Assembly: GCA_964434115.1 (NCBI GenBank)
Contig: CAYSSX010000011.1
Location: 3,605-67,604 of the forward strand
Length of the DNA stretch: 64,000 bases
Direction: 5' to 3'
Source of the DNA: an uncultured bacterium
GTDB lineage: Bacteria; Omnitrophota; Omnitrophia; Omnitrophales; Aquincolibacteriaceae
Position 1 is the first letter of the stretch. Each line of letters opens with the position of its first letter. The position numbers and the translations under genes are program-made. The notes below the pieces were generated by a model, which did not search any database, was not told the DNA's origin, and saw only the letters and a program-made list of their open reading frames with translations. This document shows positions 8,700-21,997 of this stretch, piece by piece.

Positions 8700-10379
8700 T
8701 TAGTCCGAATGCCGGTCTTCATGATGAAGCGTTACAACAATACGCTTCACGAAGCCTTGCTGAATAATCGAAAGGACGTTATTGAGGAACCAATAAAGCA
8801 CTAGCCCGGAGGGCATGTTGTAAAAAATGAATCCGAAAATGAGCGGCATGAACGCAAACACTTTTTGCTGCTCGGGAGAAACCCCTGTCTGCGGCGTCAT
8901 CTTCTGCTGCACCACCATAGATGCAATCATAAAGAGCGGGAGCAGATTAAAACTGTCGCCAATGACTGGGAGAGAAAACGGAAACATGAAAAGCCGGTCG
9001 GGTTCCGCAAGATTGTGGATCCATCCCAGAAAGGGCGCTCCCTTGAGCTCAATCGCTTCATTCAAGACCTGATAAAAAGCAATGAAAATGGGGATCTGAA
9101 GAACCATCGGCAGGCATCCGCCCATGGGGTTCACGCGATTTCTTTTGTAGAGCTCCATCATTTCTTTATTAAGCCGCGCGGGGTCGCTCTTGAAACGCTC
9201 CTGAAGTGATTTGAGCTTCGGCTGAATCGCCTTCATTTTTTCCATAGATTTATAACTCATGTGCGTAAAGGGCGCGAAAAGAAGCTTGAGAATTACCGTC
9301 AAAAGGATAATGTCCCAGCCAAAGTTGTGTGTAAAGCGGTGGGACGCCTTGAGCGCTTTAAGAAACAAAATTTTAAGAGGTCCAAAAAAGCCCCGGGAGA
9401 GCATATTCTCAAACCCCACGTTAAAGCTCGCGAGGGTTTCATATCTTTGCGGCCCGGCATAAACGAAAACTTCTTTGCGAACGGTCTCTCCCGCGGGAAT
9501 GGAAAGGGGTTCCATGCGAAGCGTGCTCCACAGAACCGGCTCTTCCGACCGGCCTTCCACGGCTGCGGTTTTCCATTCTGGTTTCAGAAGAATGGCAAAA
9601 TATTTTTTTACAACGCCAGCCCACTCCACGTTCTCTGATAAGTGAAACCCTTTTTTAGAAACATGTTTCATGTCGGCGGTTGTCGCCTTGCCATTCCATG
9701 CAACAATACTGAACTCGTGCGGGTTTTGCTGATGCGAGAGATGATCCGCGTGAATTCCCGCGTCAAACTCGAGCGGAATTTGCCGGGTTTCGGAAGATAG
9801 ATTTTCCAGCGCAACATCAAGGCTGATGATTGGCTCCGCATGGCTTAAGACAAAATGCTTGGTCACTCTAAACTGGCCGGGCTTTTCAAACTGAAAGATG
9901 ACCTCATCGCGGTTTTCACTGCCTCCGATAACGCGAAACATGGCGCGGGATAGGTCTACGGGCTCTTGAGAGATACGAAGCGTCAAAAGGCCGGGCTCGA
10001 AGGGCGCTCCGTCAAAAAGGGTGTTCCGGGTCACTTCCTGCCGCCCGGAGTCTCCTTTGTAAATGAGCTTTGTGACGGATCCTCCGCGCGTGGAAAACTC
10101 CGCTTCATAGAGTTCATTTTCAAAACGAATGATTTCTGGTTCAACCAGGGGAGCATCGACTCCTTCGGGCTGAGGCTTTTTCGCGCGAAGATATTCGTCG
10201 TGCGGACGCCCCTCATCAAGCTTTGGGGGTTGCTCGGTTTCAGTGCTTGCCTCCGGCTGAGGCGCAGGAGGATACATAAGCTTGAGAACAAACGGGTAGG
10301 CCAGCATGACGGCCATGGACAAAACCAGCGCGAGTAAATAGTTTTTTTCGTTCTTGGGTTCAGGATTCAACGGGATCAT
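8700..10379 (-). CDS. yidC: Membrane protein insertase YidC
   Basis: 559 aa with a large periplasmic domain followed by the conserved C-terminal multi-TM region. It sits in the rpmH-rnpA-yidD-yidC context. Confidence 0.85.
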   Translation of the reverse strand: MIPLNPEPKNEKNYLLALVLSMAVMLAYPFVLKLMYPPAPQPEASTETEQPPKLDEGRPHDEYLRAKKPQPEGVDAPLVEPEIIRFENELYEAEFSTRGGSVTKLIYKGDSGRQEVTRNTLFDGAPFEPGLLTLRISQEPVDLSRAMFRVIGGSENRDEVIFQFEKPGQFRVTKHFVLSHAEPIISLDVALENLSSETRQIPLEFDAGIHADHLSHQQNPHEFSIVAWNGKATTADMKHVSKKGFHLSENVEWAGVVKKYFAILLKPEWKTAAVEGRSEEPVLWSTLRMEPLSIPAGETVRKEVFVYAGPQRYETLASFNVGFENMLSRGFFGPLKILFLKALKASHRFTHNFGWDIILLTVILKLLFAPFTHMSYKSMEKMKAIQPKLKSLQERFKSDPARLNKEMMELYKRNRVNPMGGCLPMVLQIPIFIAFYQVLNEAIELKGAPFLGWIHNLAEPDRLFMFPFSLPVIGDSFNLLPLFMIASMVVQQKMTPQTGVSPEQQKVFAFMPLIFGFIFYNMPSGLVLYWFLNNVLSIIQQGFVKRIVVTLHHEDRHSD

Positions 10380-10572
10380 AGCCTCCGGGATGAAACGGGT
10401 GACACTTCAAGATTCTCAACGCAAAAACCGCAAGCCCGGCAAGGGCGCCTTTTTTTCCTATGGCTTCCTGCGCATACCTTGAACAGCTGGGGTAAAATCT
10501 GCAATTCTCTCCGAGCATCGGTGAGACCCACCGCTGATAGACGCTTAACAAAGTCAGCAAAAAAGGTTTCAT
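10360..10572 (-). CDS. yidD: Membrane protein insertion efficiency factor YidD
   Basis: 70 aa, [38 protein letters not shown], which is the conserved YidD Cys motif. It overlaps the yidC start by 20 nt. Confidence 0.85.
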   Translation of the reverse strand: MKPFLLTLLSVYQRWVSPMLGENCRFYPSCSRYAQEAIGKKGALAGLAVFALRILKCHPFHPGGYDPVES

Positions 10573-10593
10573 TGTTTTTTCTTTCGCATGCTT

Positions 10594-10983
10594 TTAGCTG
10601 CGCTTCAATACGCCGCTTTCAGCAAGAAGCGTTTCGATTTCCTGTGCAATTTCTTTTTGCTCAGGCAGCCCTTTGTTCGGCCGGGCTTGAATAACGATTA
10701 GAACTCCAGGGTTAATCCGGCTGGCCATTCGCCTAAAAACATCGCGGACCCTTCTTTTCCAAAGATTTCTCCGGGTTGCTTTTGCCTCTGTTTTGCGGCT
10801 TATGACCAGGCCTATCTTAGCCTTCCCGGACTCGCCGTTTTTTTCGACTCTCACGGTCAGCCATTTAGCGCGGAAAGATTTCCCGCACTCAAAAACGCGC
10901 TGGAAATCTCGCCGCTTTAAGATTCGCTGATCTTTCCGAAGGGTTTTGGGGGTATTGCTTTGTGGCTGGCCGAATGGCTTCAT
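10594..10983 (-). CDS. rnpA: Ribonuclease P protein component RnpA
   Basis: 129 aa, basic, in conserved synteny between rpmH and yidD. Confidence 0.8.
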   Translation of the reverse strand: MKPFGQPQSNTPKTLRKDQRILKRRDFQRVFECGKSFRAKWLTVRVEKNGESGKAKIGLVISRKTEAKATRRNLWKRRVRDVFRRMASRINPGVLIVIQARPNKGLPEQKEIAQEIETLLAESGVLKRS

Positions 10984-11029
10984 CGTCCACTCACCGGAAA
11001 CAGGACTGCTGCGATCGCGGTTCCGGGCT

Positions 11030-11182
11030 TTATTTGGAATGGATGGAAATAGTGAGTCTTTTCCGGCCTTTTTTGCGGCGCCGCTGGATTACTTCTTTAC
11101 CGCCCTTTGTGGCAGTACGGGCTCTATACCCGTGCTTAGACCTTCTCTTACGCTTGGATGGCTGATACGTTCTTTTTGGCAC
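11030..11182 (-). CDS. rpmH: 50S ribosomal protein L34 (GTG start). Absent from the ORF track because it is shorter than 60 aa.
   Basis: Hand translation of the minus strand gives (V/M)[49 protein letters not shown], the canonical L34 sequence. There is a GGAAAGG-type Shine-Dalgarno ~10 nt upstream of the GTG at 11180-11182, and the stop is at 11030-11032. Confidence 0.8.
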   Translation of the reverse strand: MPKRTYQPSKRKRRSKHGYRARTATKGGKEVIQRRRKKGRKRLTISIHSK

Positions 11183-11431
11183 GCTGCTGAAACCTTTCCT
11201 TTTCTATTGCTAACTCGCTGCCGGCGGTTGCCGGCGGTGACAAAAAAACCGCACCTCTTTAATTTCTTAAAGAATGCGGCTCTGTTTCCGCTATGGAAGG
11301 GCGCATTATAACCTAAGTCTTTTCTGGTACGCAAACGGATATTTGGAGGCTTTCCTCAAAAGACCTTGGTTTTTTCTTTTCTGGGCTTTAAAATAGGCTC
11401 ACTTTTGTCCCCGTGGTGGGCCTGTATTTCC

Positions 11432-11440
11432 TGTGGATAA
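11432..11440 (-). promoter_or_regulatory. DnaA box (perfect TTATCCACA on the minus strand)
   Basis: Exact 9-mer consensus. Confidence 0.7.
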
Positions 11441-11518
11441 CTATTTGATAACCTGCTGACGCCTGTGAATTCCTTTCGCTTTTCATCCATTTTTTCCTTT
11501 GTTTCCAAGGTTTTTGCC

Positions 11519-11527
11519 TGTGGATAT
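11519..11527 (-). promoter_or_regulatory. DnaA box (one mismatch, ATATCCACA) next to the dnaA start; likely an autoregulatory site
   Basis: 8/9 match to the consensus, 4 nt upstream of the ATG at 11532. Confidence 0.55.
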
Positions 11528-11531
11528 CCCG

Positions 11532-12914
11532 ATGTCTGATGCCGCCTCTTCTCCCGCTGCCGCGTGGGCTAAAGTTTGCGTTCAGCTTGCGAAAGAACTC
11601 AGCGAGCAGTCTTATAAGACCTGGCTCGAACCCCTTCACATTCGCACGCTTACAGAAGAAAAACTTGTTTTGGCGGTTCCTGATAGCTATTTCGGAAACT
11701 GGCTTCGTGATCATTACCATGACCTCATTCAAAGCTCTGTAAAGGATGTCTTGGGGGGTGCTCGAGACATCGTTTATGAGGTCGTAGAGAAGCCCCTTCC
11801 CCCTTCTTCTCCAGCAGTAAAGCATTCTGCCTCATCAAGGAGCCCTTCTTCCGGTGCCCGTTCCACGCTAGACTCTTTAGGTTTTCCAGAATCGTCTCTT
11901 CACAGAAGTTACACATTTGATGACTTTGTTGTGGGGCCGGGCAACCGCTTTGCTCACGCAGCATCTGTTGCTGTAAGTGAAGCCCCGGCAAAGAATTACA
12001 ATCCTCTCTTTATTCATGGCCCCACGGGTCTTGGAAAAACCCACTTGATGCAGTCTATAGCCCATGAAATGAAAAGAAGAAATCCTAATTTTAAGGTTTT
12101 ATATATTTCTAGTGAGAAATTTACAAACCAGCTTATTACCGCCATACAAACACGCACAACTAATCAATTTAGATCAAAATATAGAAACCTTGATCTTCTA
12201 CTAATCGACGACATTCATTTTCTGGCTGAAAAAGAGGCTACACAGGAAGAGTTTTTTCATACCTTCAACACTCTTTATGATGCCCATAAACAAATCGTTG
12301 TTTCGAGCGACCGCCCTCCCAGAGAAATTCCGGGTCTTGAAGAGCGCCTTGTTTCTCGGTTTGGCTGGGGCTTGGTTACGGATATACAGCCTCCGGATTT
12401 TGAAACACGTGTTGCTATTTTGAAGAAAAAAATGGAGCGGGAAACCGCCCGGGTTCCGGACGATGTGTGTTTTTTTATTGCGAGCCAGTTTAAGTCCAAT
12501 GTTCGTGAGCTTGAGGGCGCCCTTATTCGCGTCGTTGCTTATGGGACTTTAACGGCGCGCCCCATTGATCTGGTTTTGGCAAAACAGACTCTCCGTGACT
12601 CGGTAGAAGAGGAAGAGAAAAAAATAAATATGGATCAGATTCAGCGGCTTGTGGCGGACTATTTTAATATCAAGGTTTCCGACCTTCGTTCAAAGAGCCG
12701 GACAAAGTCGGTTGCGGAACCCCGCCAAATAGCGATGTATCTTGTTCGAACACTCACAACTCACTCTTATCCAGAGATTGGGGATTACTTTGGCGGCCGA
12801 GACCACACAACGGTTCTTCATGCCTGTCAGAAAATATCGAAAGATGTGGACTCTGACCCAAAAAAAATGCGTGTTATTTCTGAAATAAAGGATATGTTGA
12901 AAACTCCCCGGTAG
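11532..12914 (+). CDS. dnaA: Chromosomal replication initiator DnaA (the track ORF begins at 11499, but the ATG at 11532 is the better start)
   Basis: Walker A motif GPTGLGKTHLMQS. Domain IV signature VRTLTTHSYPEIGDYFGGRDHTTVLHA. The 11-aa extension from 11499 would overlap a DnaA box and has no homology support. Confidence 0.9.
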   Translation: MSDAASSPAAAWAKVCVQLAKELSEQSYKTWLEPLHIRTLTEEKLVLAVPDSYFGNWLRDHYHDLIQSSVKDVLGGARDIVYEVVEKPLPPSSPAVKHSASSRSPSSGARSTLDSLGFPESSLHRSYTFDDFVVGPGNRFAHAASVAVSEAPAKNYNPLFIHGPTGLGKTHLMQSIAHEMKRRNPNFKVLYISSEKFTNQLITAIQTRTTNQFRSKYRNLDLLLIDDIHFLAEKEATQEEFFHTFNTLYDAHKQIVVSSDRPPREIPGLEERLVSRFGWGLVTDIQPPDFETRVAILKKKMERETARVPDDVCFFIASQFKSNVRELEGALIRVVAYGTLTARPIDLVLAKQTLRDSVEEEEKKINMDQIQRLVADYFNIKVSDLRSKSRTKSVAEPRQIAMYLVRTLTTHSYPEIGDYFGGRDHTTVLHACQKISKDVDSDPKKMRVISEIKDMLKTPR

Positions 12915-12923
12915 TTATACACA
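12915..12923 (+). promoter_or_regulatory. DnaA box (TTATACACA, one mismatch) immediately after the dnaA stop
   Basis: 8/9 match, at the start of the dnaA-dnaN spacer. Confidence 0.45.
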
Positions 12924-12929
12924 GCCACC

Positions 12930-13045
12930 GGGCACCCATAAATGATTTTAAAATAAAGCTTTAGGGTGGTTGTTCACATATTCACAAGCCTTAATATTAT
13001 GATGACTATATTTAAAATTTTGATAGAATAAAAGAAAAGGGGAGA
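12930..13045. other. AT-rich dnaA-dnaN spacer, a candidate DNA-unwinding element / second oriC part
   Basis: AT-rich runs such as ataaatgattttaaaataaagc and cttaatattatgatgactatatttaaaattttgatagaataaaag stand out against the GC-moderate surroundings. Confidence 0.4.
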
Positions 13046-13049
13046 TGGA

Positions 13050-14150
13050 ATGGAAATCCTCGTTACAAAAAATAACTTTCTTAAGAGTATCTCTCTCGCT
13101 GGAAGCGTTACCTCAAACAAAACAAATACTCTCCCTATCCTCGCAAATATTCTCATTGAAACAGAGGGTGACGCGCAGCTTCGCCTTGTTGGAACCGACC
13201 TCGAGGTTGGGTTATCAACCCATGTCCCATGTAAAGTTGTGAAAGAAGGAAGTATTACTCTTCCCGCAAAAAAGATTCAGGAGATTGTTCGGGAATTACC
13301 GGAAGGGGAAGTTGAGATTTCGGTAGCCAAAAACAACTCCGTGACCATAAGATCCGGAAAAGCAGTTTTTAAAATCATGGGGCTCTCTAAAGAGGATTAT
13401 CCCAAACTTCCCGATATTGATGAAAAGGCAGCTATTGAGTTTGAACAGGCCCTTATTAAAGAGAGTTTAGAGCTCACATCGTTTGCTATTTCCTACGATG
13501 AGACAAGGTATGTGTTAAACGGTGTTCTGATGTCTATAAAAGGGAATCAAGTAAAGTTTGTGGCAACGGACGGAAGAAGGCTCGCGTACATGGATAGAAG
13601 TTTTGAGTCTCCCGTAACACAAAATATAGAAATGATAATCCCCACTAAAGCCGTTCAGGAACTGCTAAAAATTTTAAATTGGGACGGGATAATGAAAATT
13701 TTCCCATCTAAAAACCAGGTCGTATTTGAAGTGGGTGAAACGGTTGTTTTTTCGAGGGTTATTGAAGGGAATTTTCCAAACTATGAACAGGTTATTCCAA
13801 AGAGCGAAAAAACAGCATCGAGCGCTAAAAGAGAAGACTTTCTTCAGGCGATAAAAAGAACCGCCCTTTTAACTTCCGCCGACTCGCCGGCCGTAAAACT
13901 TGATTTTGTAAAAGGTAAAATTCTCATCTCTTCGCGGGCGCCAAACCTCGGAGAGGCAAAAGAAGAATTGACCGCCGAGGTTAAAGGGGACGATATAGCG
14001 ATAGGATTCAATCCCCACTACCTTATGGATGTTTTAAAAAACCTCGACACCGAAAACATTTCCTTTTCTCTTACAGATCCTGATAAGCCCGGATTGATCA
14101 AGGGAAAAGAGGGATACCAATACGTCATTATGCCCATGCAGCTTAATTGA
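13050..14150 (+). CDS. dnaN: DNA polymerase III beta sliding clamp
   Basis: 366 aa, MEILVTKNNFLKSISLAGSVTSNKTNTLPILANILIE..., which is typical DnaN length and N-terminus. It lies directly downstream of dnaA. Confidence 0.9.
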   Translation: MEILVTKNNFLKSISLAGSVTSNKTNTLPILANILIETEGDAQLRLVGTDLEVGLSTHVPCKVVKEGSITLPAKKIQEIVRELPEGEVEISVAKNNSVTIRSGKAVFKIMGLSKEDYPKLPDIDEKAAIEFEQALIKESLELTSFAISYDETRYVLNGVLMSIKGNQVKFVATDGRRLAYMDRSFESPVTQNIEMIIPTKAVQELLKILNWDGIMKIFPSKNQVVFEVGETVVFSRVIEGNFPNYEQVIPKSEKTASSAKREDFLQAIKRTALLTSADSPAVKLDFVKGKILISSRAPNLGEAKEELTAEVKGDDIAIGFNPHYLMDVLKNLDTENISFSLTDPDKPGLIKGKEGYQYVIMPMQLN

Positions 14151-14151
14151 C

Positions 14152-16931
<2,780 letters not shown>

Positions 16932-16974
16932 AGATCCAGTTTCTTAACCTCCAAAAAGAGGGAAGGTAAATAGT

Positions 16975-19461
16975 ATGGCCGATGAAAATCTTTACGCAAT
17001 GAATCAAAAGATTTTTCCTATGCCAATCGAAGATGAAATGCGGAACTCCTACATTGACTACGCTATGTCAGTCATTGTGGGCCGAGCTCTGCCCGACGTA
17101 CGGGATGGGTTAAAGCCTGTTCACCGCCGCATCCTTTTTGCAATGAACGATTTGGGCATCGTTCACAATAAACCTTACCGCAAATCCGCACGTATTGTTG
17201 GTGAAGTGCTCGGAAAATATCACCCGCACGGCGACATCGCTGTTTATGATTCTCTCGTCCGCATGGTTCAAAGCTTTTCGCTCCGCTATCCGCTCGTAGA
17301 CGGGCAAGGAAACTTTGGTTCGATTGACGGCGATAACGCGGCCGCGATGCGTTACACGGAAGCCCGTCTGCATTCAATCAGTAAAGAGCTGCTCGCGGAC
17401 ATTGATAAAAACACGGTCGATTTCACACCGAACTTTGACGAGTCCCTTGAAGAGCCGACAGTGCTGCCGGCAAATGTTCCGAATCTTCTTGTGAACGGAT
17501 CCAGCGGTATCGCGGTCGGTATGGCCACCAACATTCCTCCGCATAATCTTAAAGAAGTTTGCTCGGCTGTAACGGCAATTATTGATAACCCCCAAATCAC
17601 GATTAAAGAACTGATGAAGATTGTGAAGGGGCCGGACTTTCCGACGGGCGGCGTGATTCTTGGACGCGAAGGAATCCGCAATGCTTTCGAGACGGGCCGC
17701 GGCCGAATTGTGGTTCGGGCAAGAGCCGTCATTGAAACAGGTCCCAAGAAGGACGCGATTGTGATCACGGAAATTCCGTATCAAGTGAATAAAACTAATC
17801 TGATCGAATCGATTGTGCGGCTCGTTGAAAGCAAAAAGATAGAAGGTATTTCCGATATTCGCGACGAATCGGATCGCGACGGCATGCGGCTTGTCGTAGA
17901 GCTGAAGAAGGACGCCGTTGGCCAGATTGTTCTCAATCAGCTGTACAAACACACCCAGATGCAGGACACCTTCGGTGTGATTAATTTGGCGATTGTGGGC
18001 GGACAGCCGCGAGTTCTGAACCTCAAGCAAACGATCGAGCAGTACATTCTTTTCCGCGAAGAAGTTGTGACGCGCAGAACCCGCTTCGAGCTCGACAAGG
18101 CCGAAAAACGGGCGCACATTCTAGAAGGTTTGAAAATCGCAGTTTCGAACATCGATAAGGTTATCAAAATTATCAGAGGTTCAAAAAACCCGGAAGCGGC
18201 CAAGGAAGGCCTGATAACGCAATTGAAGCTGACCGACATTCAGGCTAAGGCGATCCTGGAAATGCAGCTGCAGCGTTTGACGGCGCTTGAGACCCTGAAA
18301 ATCGAAGAAGAGTACCTTGCCCTGATCAAGCACATCGAAGAGCTTCGCAGCATTCTGAAAAACCGCAAAAAACTTCTCGAAGTCATCCGAGCGGATAACG
18401 AGCTTGTGAAGGAAGCCTACGGAGACCCCCGGCGAACGGAAATCGTTGCGGACGAAGGCGAAATCGATATCGAAGACCTCATCGCCGAGGAAGACGTCAT
18501 TATTACCATGTCGTTTGCGGGATACATCAAGCGCATTCCCGTGTCTATGTACCGCAGGCAGCGCCGGGGAGGCTCTGGTGTAACAGGCTCGGGACTGAAG
18601 GACGACGAGGATTTTATTCAGCACATGTTTCTTTCGTCAACACACGATACCATTATGTTTTTTACCAACACGGGGCGTGTTTACTGGAGAAAAGCCTATG
18701 AGATTCCGCAGGCTTCCCGCCAGGCCAAGGGTAAAGCGATCGTGAATTTTCTTTCTCTCCGGCCGGATGAAAAAATCTCCAGCTTTTTGCAGGTCAAAGA
18801 GTATGACGATAAAAGATCCATTGTTATGGTGACGAAAAACGGCGTCATCAAGCGTACCAACCTTATTCATTATTCGCGTCCCAGGGCAAACGGGATTGTT
18901 GCCATCAATCTTCGCGAAAAGGATGAGCTTGTGAGCTGTAAGCTTGTCGAAAAGAAGGATGAGATATTTATCGCAACGCTTGCCGGTAAAGCCATTCGCT
19001 TTTCGGAAAAAGACGTTCGCGATATGGGGCGCACTGCAAGCGGTGTCCGGGGAATTAACCTTTCCAAGGGAGACCGTGTTATTGCTGCGGAGGTTGCGGA
19101 CCCGGAAACGGTTGCGCTGAGCGTCACTGAAAACGGGTTTGGAAAAAGATCCAAGTTTAAAGATTACCGTCTTCAAACCCGCGGCGGCAAGGGCGTGATT
19201 AATGTGAAAGTGACAGAAAAGAATGGCCAGGTTGTCGGTGTTCTTGCTGTGCAAGACACGGATGAAATCATTGTGGTCACGACGGGCGGTATGGTGGTGA
19301 GATGCCCAGTAGACCAGATTCGCGTGTCGGGACGGAATGCGCAAGGCGTGCGCGTTATCCGGCTTAAAGAAAAGCATCTTGTTGCTTCCGTGGCCCGCGT
19401 TGTTGAAAAAGAGGAAGAGGGCGGCGACGATGCGCAGCTTGAACTTCCCGGGGAAGAATAG
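16975..19461 (+). CDS. gyrA: DNA gyrase subunit A
   Basis: 828 aa. Active-site region [10 protein letters not shown], the QRDR-like region [15 protein letters not shown], and C-terminal beta-pinwheel repeats. Confidence 0.95.
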   Translation: MADENLYAMNQKIFPMPIEDEMRNSYIDYAMSVIVGRALPDVRDGLKPVHRRILFAMNDLGIVHNKPYRKSARIVGEVLGKYHPHGDIAVYDSLVRMVQSFSLRYPLVDGQGNFGSIDGDNAAAMRYTEARLHSISKELLADIDKNTVDFTPNFDESLEEPTVLPANVPNLLVNGSSGIAVGMATNIPPHNLKEVCSAVTAIIDNPQITIKELMKIVKGPDFPTGGVILGREGIRNAFETGRGRIVVRARAVIETGPKKDAIVITEIPYQVNKTNLIESIVRLVESKKIEGISDIRDESDRDGMRLVVELKKDAVGQIVLNQLYKHTQMQDTFGVINLAIVGGQPRVLNLKQTIEQYILFREEVVTRRTRFELDKAEKRAHILEGLKIAVSNIDKVIKIIRGSKNPEAAKEGLITQLKLTDIQAKAILEMQLQRLTALETLKIEEEYLALIKHIEELRSILKNRKKLLEVIRADNELVKEAYGDPRRTEIVADEGEIDIEDLIAEEDVIITMSFAGYIKRIPVSMYRRQRRGGSGVTGSGLKDDEDFIQHMFLSSTHDTIMFFTNTGRVYWRKAYEIPQASRQAKGKAIVNFLSLRPDEKISSFLQVKEYDDKRSIVMVTKNGVIKRTNLIHYSRPRANGIVAINLREKDELVSCKLVEKKDEIFIATLAGKAIRFSEKDVRDMGRTASGVRGINLSKGDRVIAAEVADPETVALSVTENGFGKRSKFKDYRLQTRGGKGVINVKVTEKNGQVVGVLAVQDTDEIIVVTTGGMVVRCPVDQIRVSGRNAQGVRVIRLKEKHLVASVARVVEKEEEGGDDAQLELPGEE

Positions 19462-19475
19462 GGGAATTTTTAAAC

Positions 19476-20732
19476 GTGCTTGATTTGAAGTGGGTTCGAG
19501 AAAATCCCGAGTTGGTTAAAAAAGGTCTTGCGGCCAAGAACGTTTCTTTTGATTTGGAAGCGCTTCTTCAGCTGGACCAAAAAAGAAGGGCTCTTGTCAC
19601 CGAAGGGGAGGCCTTAAAAGCCGAACGTAACCGGGTTAATGAAGAAATAACCCGGCGGAAAAAGGCGGGCGAAGGCGCCGACGATATGATCGGCGCTATG
19701 AAGGCCGTATCCCAAAAAATTAAGGAAATAGACACTGAAGTGGGTGATGTTGAGCAAAAATCACAGCATTTAGCCCTCGTAATCCCAAATATACCCCATG
19801 AATCGGTTCCCGTAGCAAAGGGAGCGGATGGCAATAAAGTGGTTCGAACATGGGGAGACCCGCGAAAGTTTTCCTTCAAACCCAGAACCCATCTTGAGCT
19901 AGGTTCCGAAATTAACAAATTTTTCTCCATGGAATGGGGAAGCAAAATCACAGGGTCTGGATTTCCCGTTTACCGCGGCGAGGGCGCCAAGCTGGAGAGG
20001 GCCCTGATAAATTTTATGCTCGACTTGCATGTTTCGAAGCACGGGTATGAAGAAATCTGGCCGCCTGCGCTGGTGAATCGGGATTCTATGACGGGAACAG
20101 GTCAGCTTCCTAAAATGGAAGAAGACATGTACAAACTCCGTGACGATGAATTTTTTCTGATCCCGACAGCAGAAGTTCCGGTTACCAACCTGATGAGAAA
20201 CGAAGTTCTTGATGAATCAGAACTGCCCAGAAAATTTGTTGCCTACACGCCGTGCTTTCGGCGAGAAGCCGGGTCGTATGGAAAGGACACGAAGGGGCTC
20301 TCGCGGGTTCATCAATTTGACAAGGTTGAGATGGTCCGGCTTGTAAAGCCAGAGGATTCTCTTTCGGAGCTGGAAGACCTGCTTAAAAATGCTGAAGCCG
20401 TTCTGCAGGCCCTCGAACTTCCCTACCGCGTCCTGCTTCTTGGAAGCGGAGATATGAGCTTTGCTGCAGCCAAATGCTATGATCTCGAAGTTTGGGCGCC
20501 GGGAACCGAGAAATGGTTTGAAGTCTCCAGCTGCAGCACCTTTTGGGATTTTCAAGCCAGGCGCGCGAATATTAAGTTTCGCCGGAAAGAAACTCAAAAG
20601 ACAGAATACGTTCACACCTTAAACGGTTCAGGTGTTGCTCTTGCCAGAACAGTGCTTTGTCTGCTTGAAAATTTTCAGACCGAAGAGGGAAAGATTTTTT
20701 ACCCGGAAGCATTAAAGCCGTACATGAAATAA
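19476..20732 (+). CDS. serS: Seryl-tRNA synthetase
   Basis: 418 aa with an N-terminal coiled-coil arm and class-II core motifs (FRREAGSYGKDTKGLSRVHQFDKVE). Confidence 0.9.
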   Translation: MLDLKWVRENPELVKKGLAAKNVSFDLEALLQLDQKRRALVTEGEALKAERNRVNEEITRRKKAGEGADDMIGAMKAVSQKIKEIDTEVGDVEQKSQHLALVIPNIPHESVPVAKGADGNKVVRTWGDPRKFSFKPRTHLELGSEINKFFSMEWGSKITGSGFPVYRGEGAKLERALINFMLDLHVSKHGYEEIWPPALVNRDSMTGTGQLPKMEEDMYKLRDDEFFLIPTAEVPVTNLMRNEVLDESELPRKFVAYTPCFRREAGSYGKDTKGLSRVHQFDKVEMVRLVKPEDSLSELEDLLKNAEAVLQALELPYRVLLLGSGDMSFAAAKCYDLEVWAPGTEKWFEVSSCSTFWDFQARRANIKFRRKETQKTEYVHTLNGSGVALARTVLCLLENFQTEEGKIFYPEALKPYMK

Positions 20733-20845
20733 GAGCTGCAGCCCCCACCGGATTTTTGTCTTGGGATTTTTTGAAATCCCCCTATAATGATCGACCGGCC
20801 CGAGCGCAGCGGCAGGCTCTTTACCGCTGTGCGCCGCAGTTTTAT

Positions 20846-20932
20846 GGAGGAGTGGCAGAGCGGTCGAATGCGGCGGTCTTGAAAACCGTTAGAGTCGAAA
20901 GGCTCTCGTGGGTTCGAATCCTACCTCCTCCG
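20846..20932 (+). tRNA. tRNA-Ser (anticodon TGA), class II with a long variable arm
   Basis: Acceptor GGAGGAG/CTCCTCC, anticodon loop CT-TGA-AA, T-loop GGTTCGAATCC, 87 nt. CCA is not encoded. Confidence 0.85.
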
Positions 20933-20957
20933 AAATCATAATATACCTCCGTTTTTA

Positions 20958-21048
<91 letters not shown>

Positions 21049-21114
21049 TATTTTTTTCCCGCGGTTTTAAGACACGCTCCCCAGGAAGTCCTAGAGAAAG
21101 ACACCGGCTAAAAA

Positions 21115-21996
21115 ATGAAAAACATCAATGTATTTATCGTAAATGCCTTTGTTGAGGATGACGGGTCAGGCGGCAATCCCGCAGGGGTTGTCTTTGACGC
21201 GGACGCCTTGTCTCCTCAAGAAAAGCAAATGATTTCCCGGCGCGTGGGCCTGTCTGAAACAGCCTTTGTTTCAAAATCAAAGACAGCCGATTTCAAAATC
21301 GAATTTTTTACGCCAACCAGACAAATTCCTCACTGCGGTCATGCCACGGTCGGAACCTTTTGCCTTCTTGCAGAAAAAGGTCTCATTGCCAAAGACGGAG
21401 AATCCTCCAAAGAAACCAGCGACGGAACGCGGCGGATTTTTATGACTCTCGGGCAAGCGTATCTGGAACAAACGGCGCCGAAGTATGGAGACCTCAAAGA
21501 TACAACAGAGGAGGAGATTTTGTCTTCTCTGCATATTTCGCATTCGCGATCGCAGTTCTTGAAAAAGCCGCAAATTGTCAGTACCGCTAACCGCCTTCTT
21601 CTCATTCCTCTCTGCGATGGTGAAACTCTAGGCGCGGTAAATCCCCAGATGAAAGACATTGAAAAGATCAGTGAAAAAAACGACCTTGTTGGCTACTACG
21701 TGTTCACAACGGAAGCAAAAAAAGCGGGGCGGACAGCCTCGGCCCGGATGTTTGCTCCGCGCTATGGAATTCAAGAAGAGTCCGCAACCGGGACGGGCGC
21801 TGGCGCGCTCGCCTGTTATCTGTATGATTTTTTTGAAATTCGGAATAAACAAATGATTCTAGAACAGGGCGTTTATATGAATCCGCCGGCCGGCAGTAAG
21901 ATTAATGCAGCGCTGGAGGTAAACGGAAACAGCATTCAGAGCGTCCGGGTGGGCGGAAAGGCCTGTCTTAAAGAAGAAAGAAGAATAGCGGTTTAG
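21115..21996 (+). CDS. PhzF-family isomerase/epimerase
   Basis: 293 aa. MKNINVFIVNAFVEDDGSGGNPAGVVFDA...SETAFV...CGHATVG are conserved PhzF-family motifs. Confidence 0.75.
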   Translation: MKNINVFIVNAFVEDDGSGGNPAGVVFDADALSPQEKQMISRRVGLSETAFVSKSKTADFKIEFFTPTRQIPHCGHATVGTFCLLAEKGLIAKDGESSKETSDGTRRIFMTLGQAYLEQTAPKYGDLKDTTEEEILSSLHISHSRSQFLKKPQIVSTANRLLLIPLCDGETLGAVNPQMKDIEKISEKNDLVGYYVFTTEAKKAGRTASARMFAPRYGIQEESATGTGAGALACYLYDFFEIRNKQMILEQGVYMNPPAGSKINAALEVNGNSIQSVRVGGKACLKEERRIAV

Positions 21997-21997
21997 G

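Larger units (their letters stand above)
11183..11531. other. Candidate oriC / dnaA promoter region (rpmH-dnaA intergenic) containing DnaA boxes
   Basis: A perfect DnaA box TGTGGATAA (i.e. TTATCCACA on the other strand) at 11432-11440. A one-mismatch box TGTGGATAT at 11519-11527, just upstream of the likely dnaA ATG at 11532. Confidence 0.5.

Noticed and set aside
11499-11531. Track dnaA start at 11499 (MFPRFLPVDIP-MSDAAS...)
   Set aside because: The extension overlaps a DnaA box and has no counterpart in DnaA N-termini. ATG 11532 gives the conserved N-terminal helix directly.
17072-19377. Multiple long minus-strand ORFs (e.g. 17374..18117, 18181..18624, 18637..19377) antisense to gyrA, and similar ones antisense to gyrB (15066..16901)
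   Set aside because: They lie entirely inside highly conserved gyrase coding sequence on the opposite strand, have no RBS or homology, and have the Arg/His-rich composition typical of antisense frames of GC-moderate genes.
20756-20941. 61-aa ORF between serS and PhzF
   Set aside because: It overlaps the tRNA-Ser(TGA) gene on the same strand.
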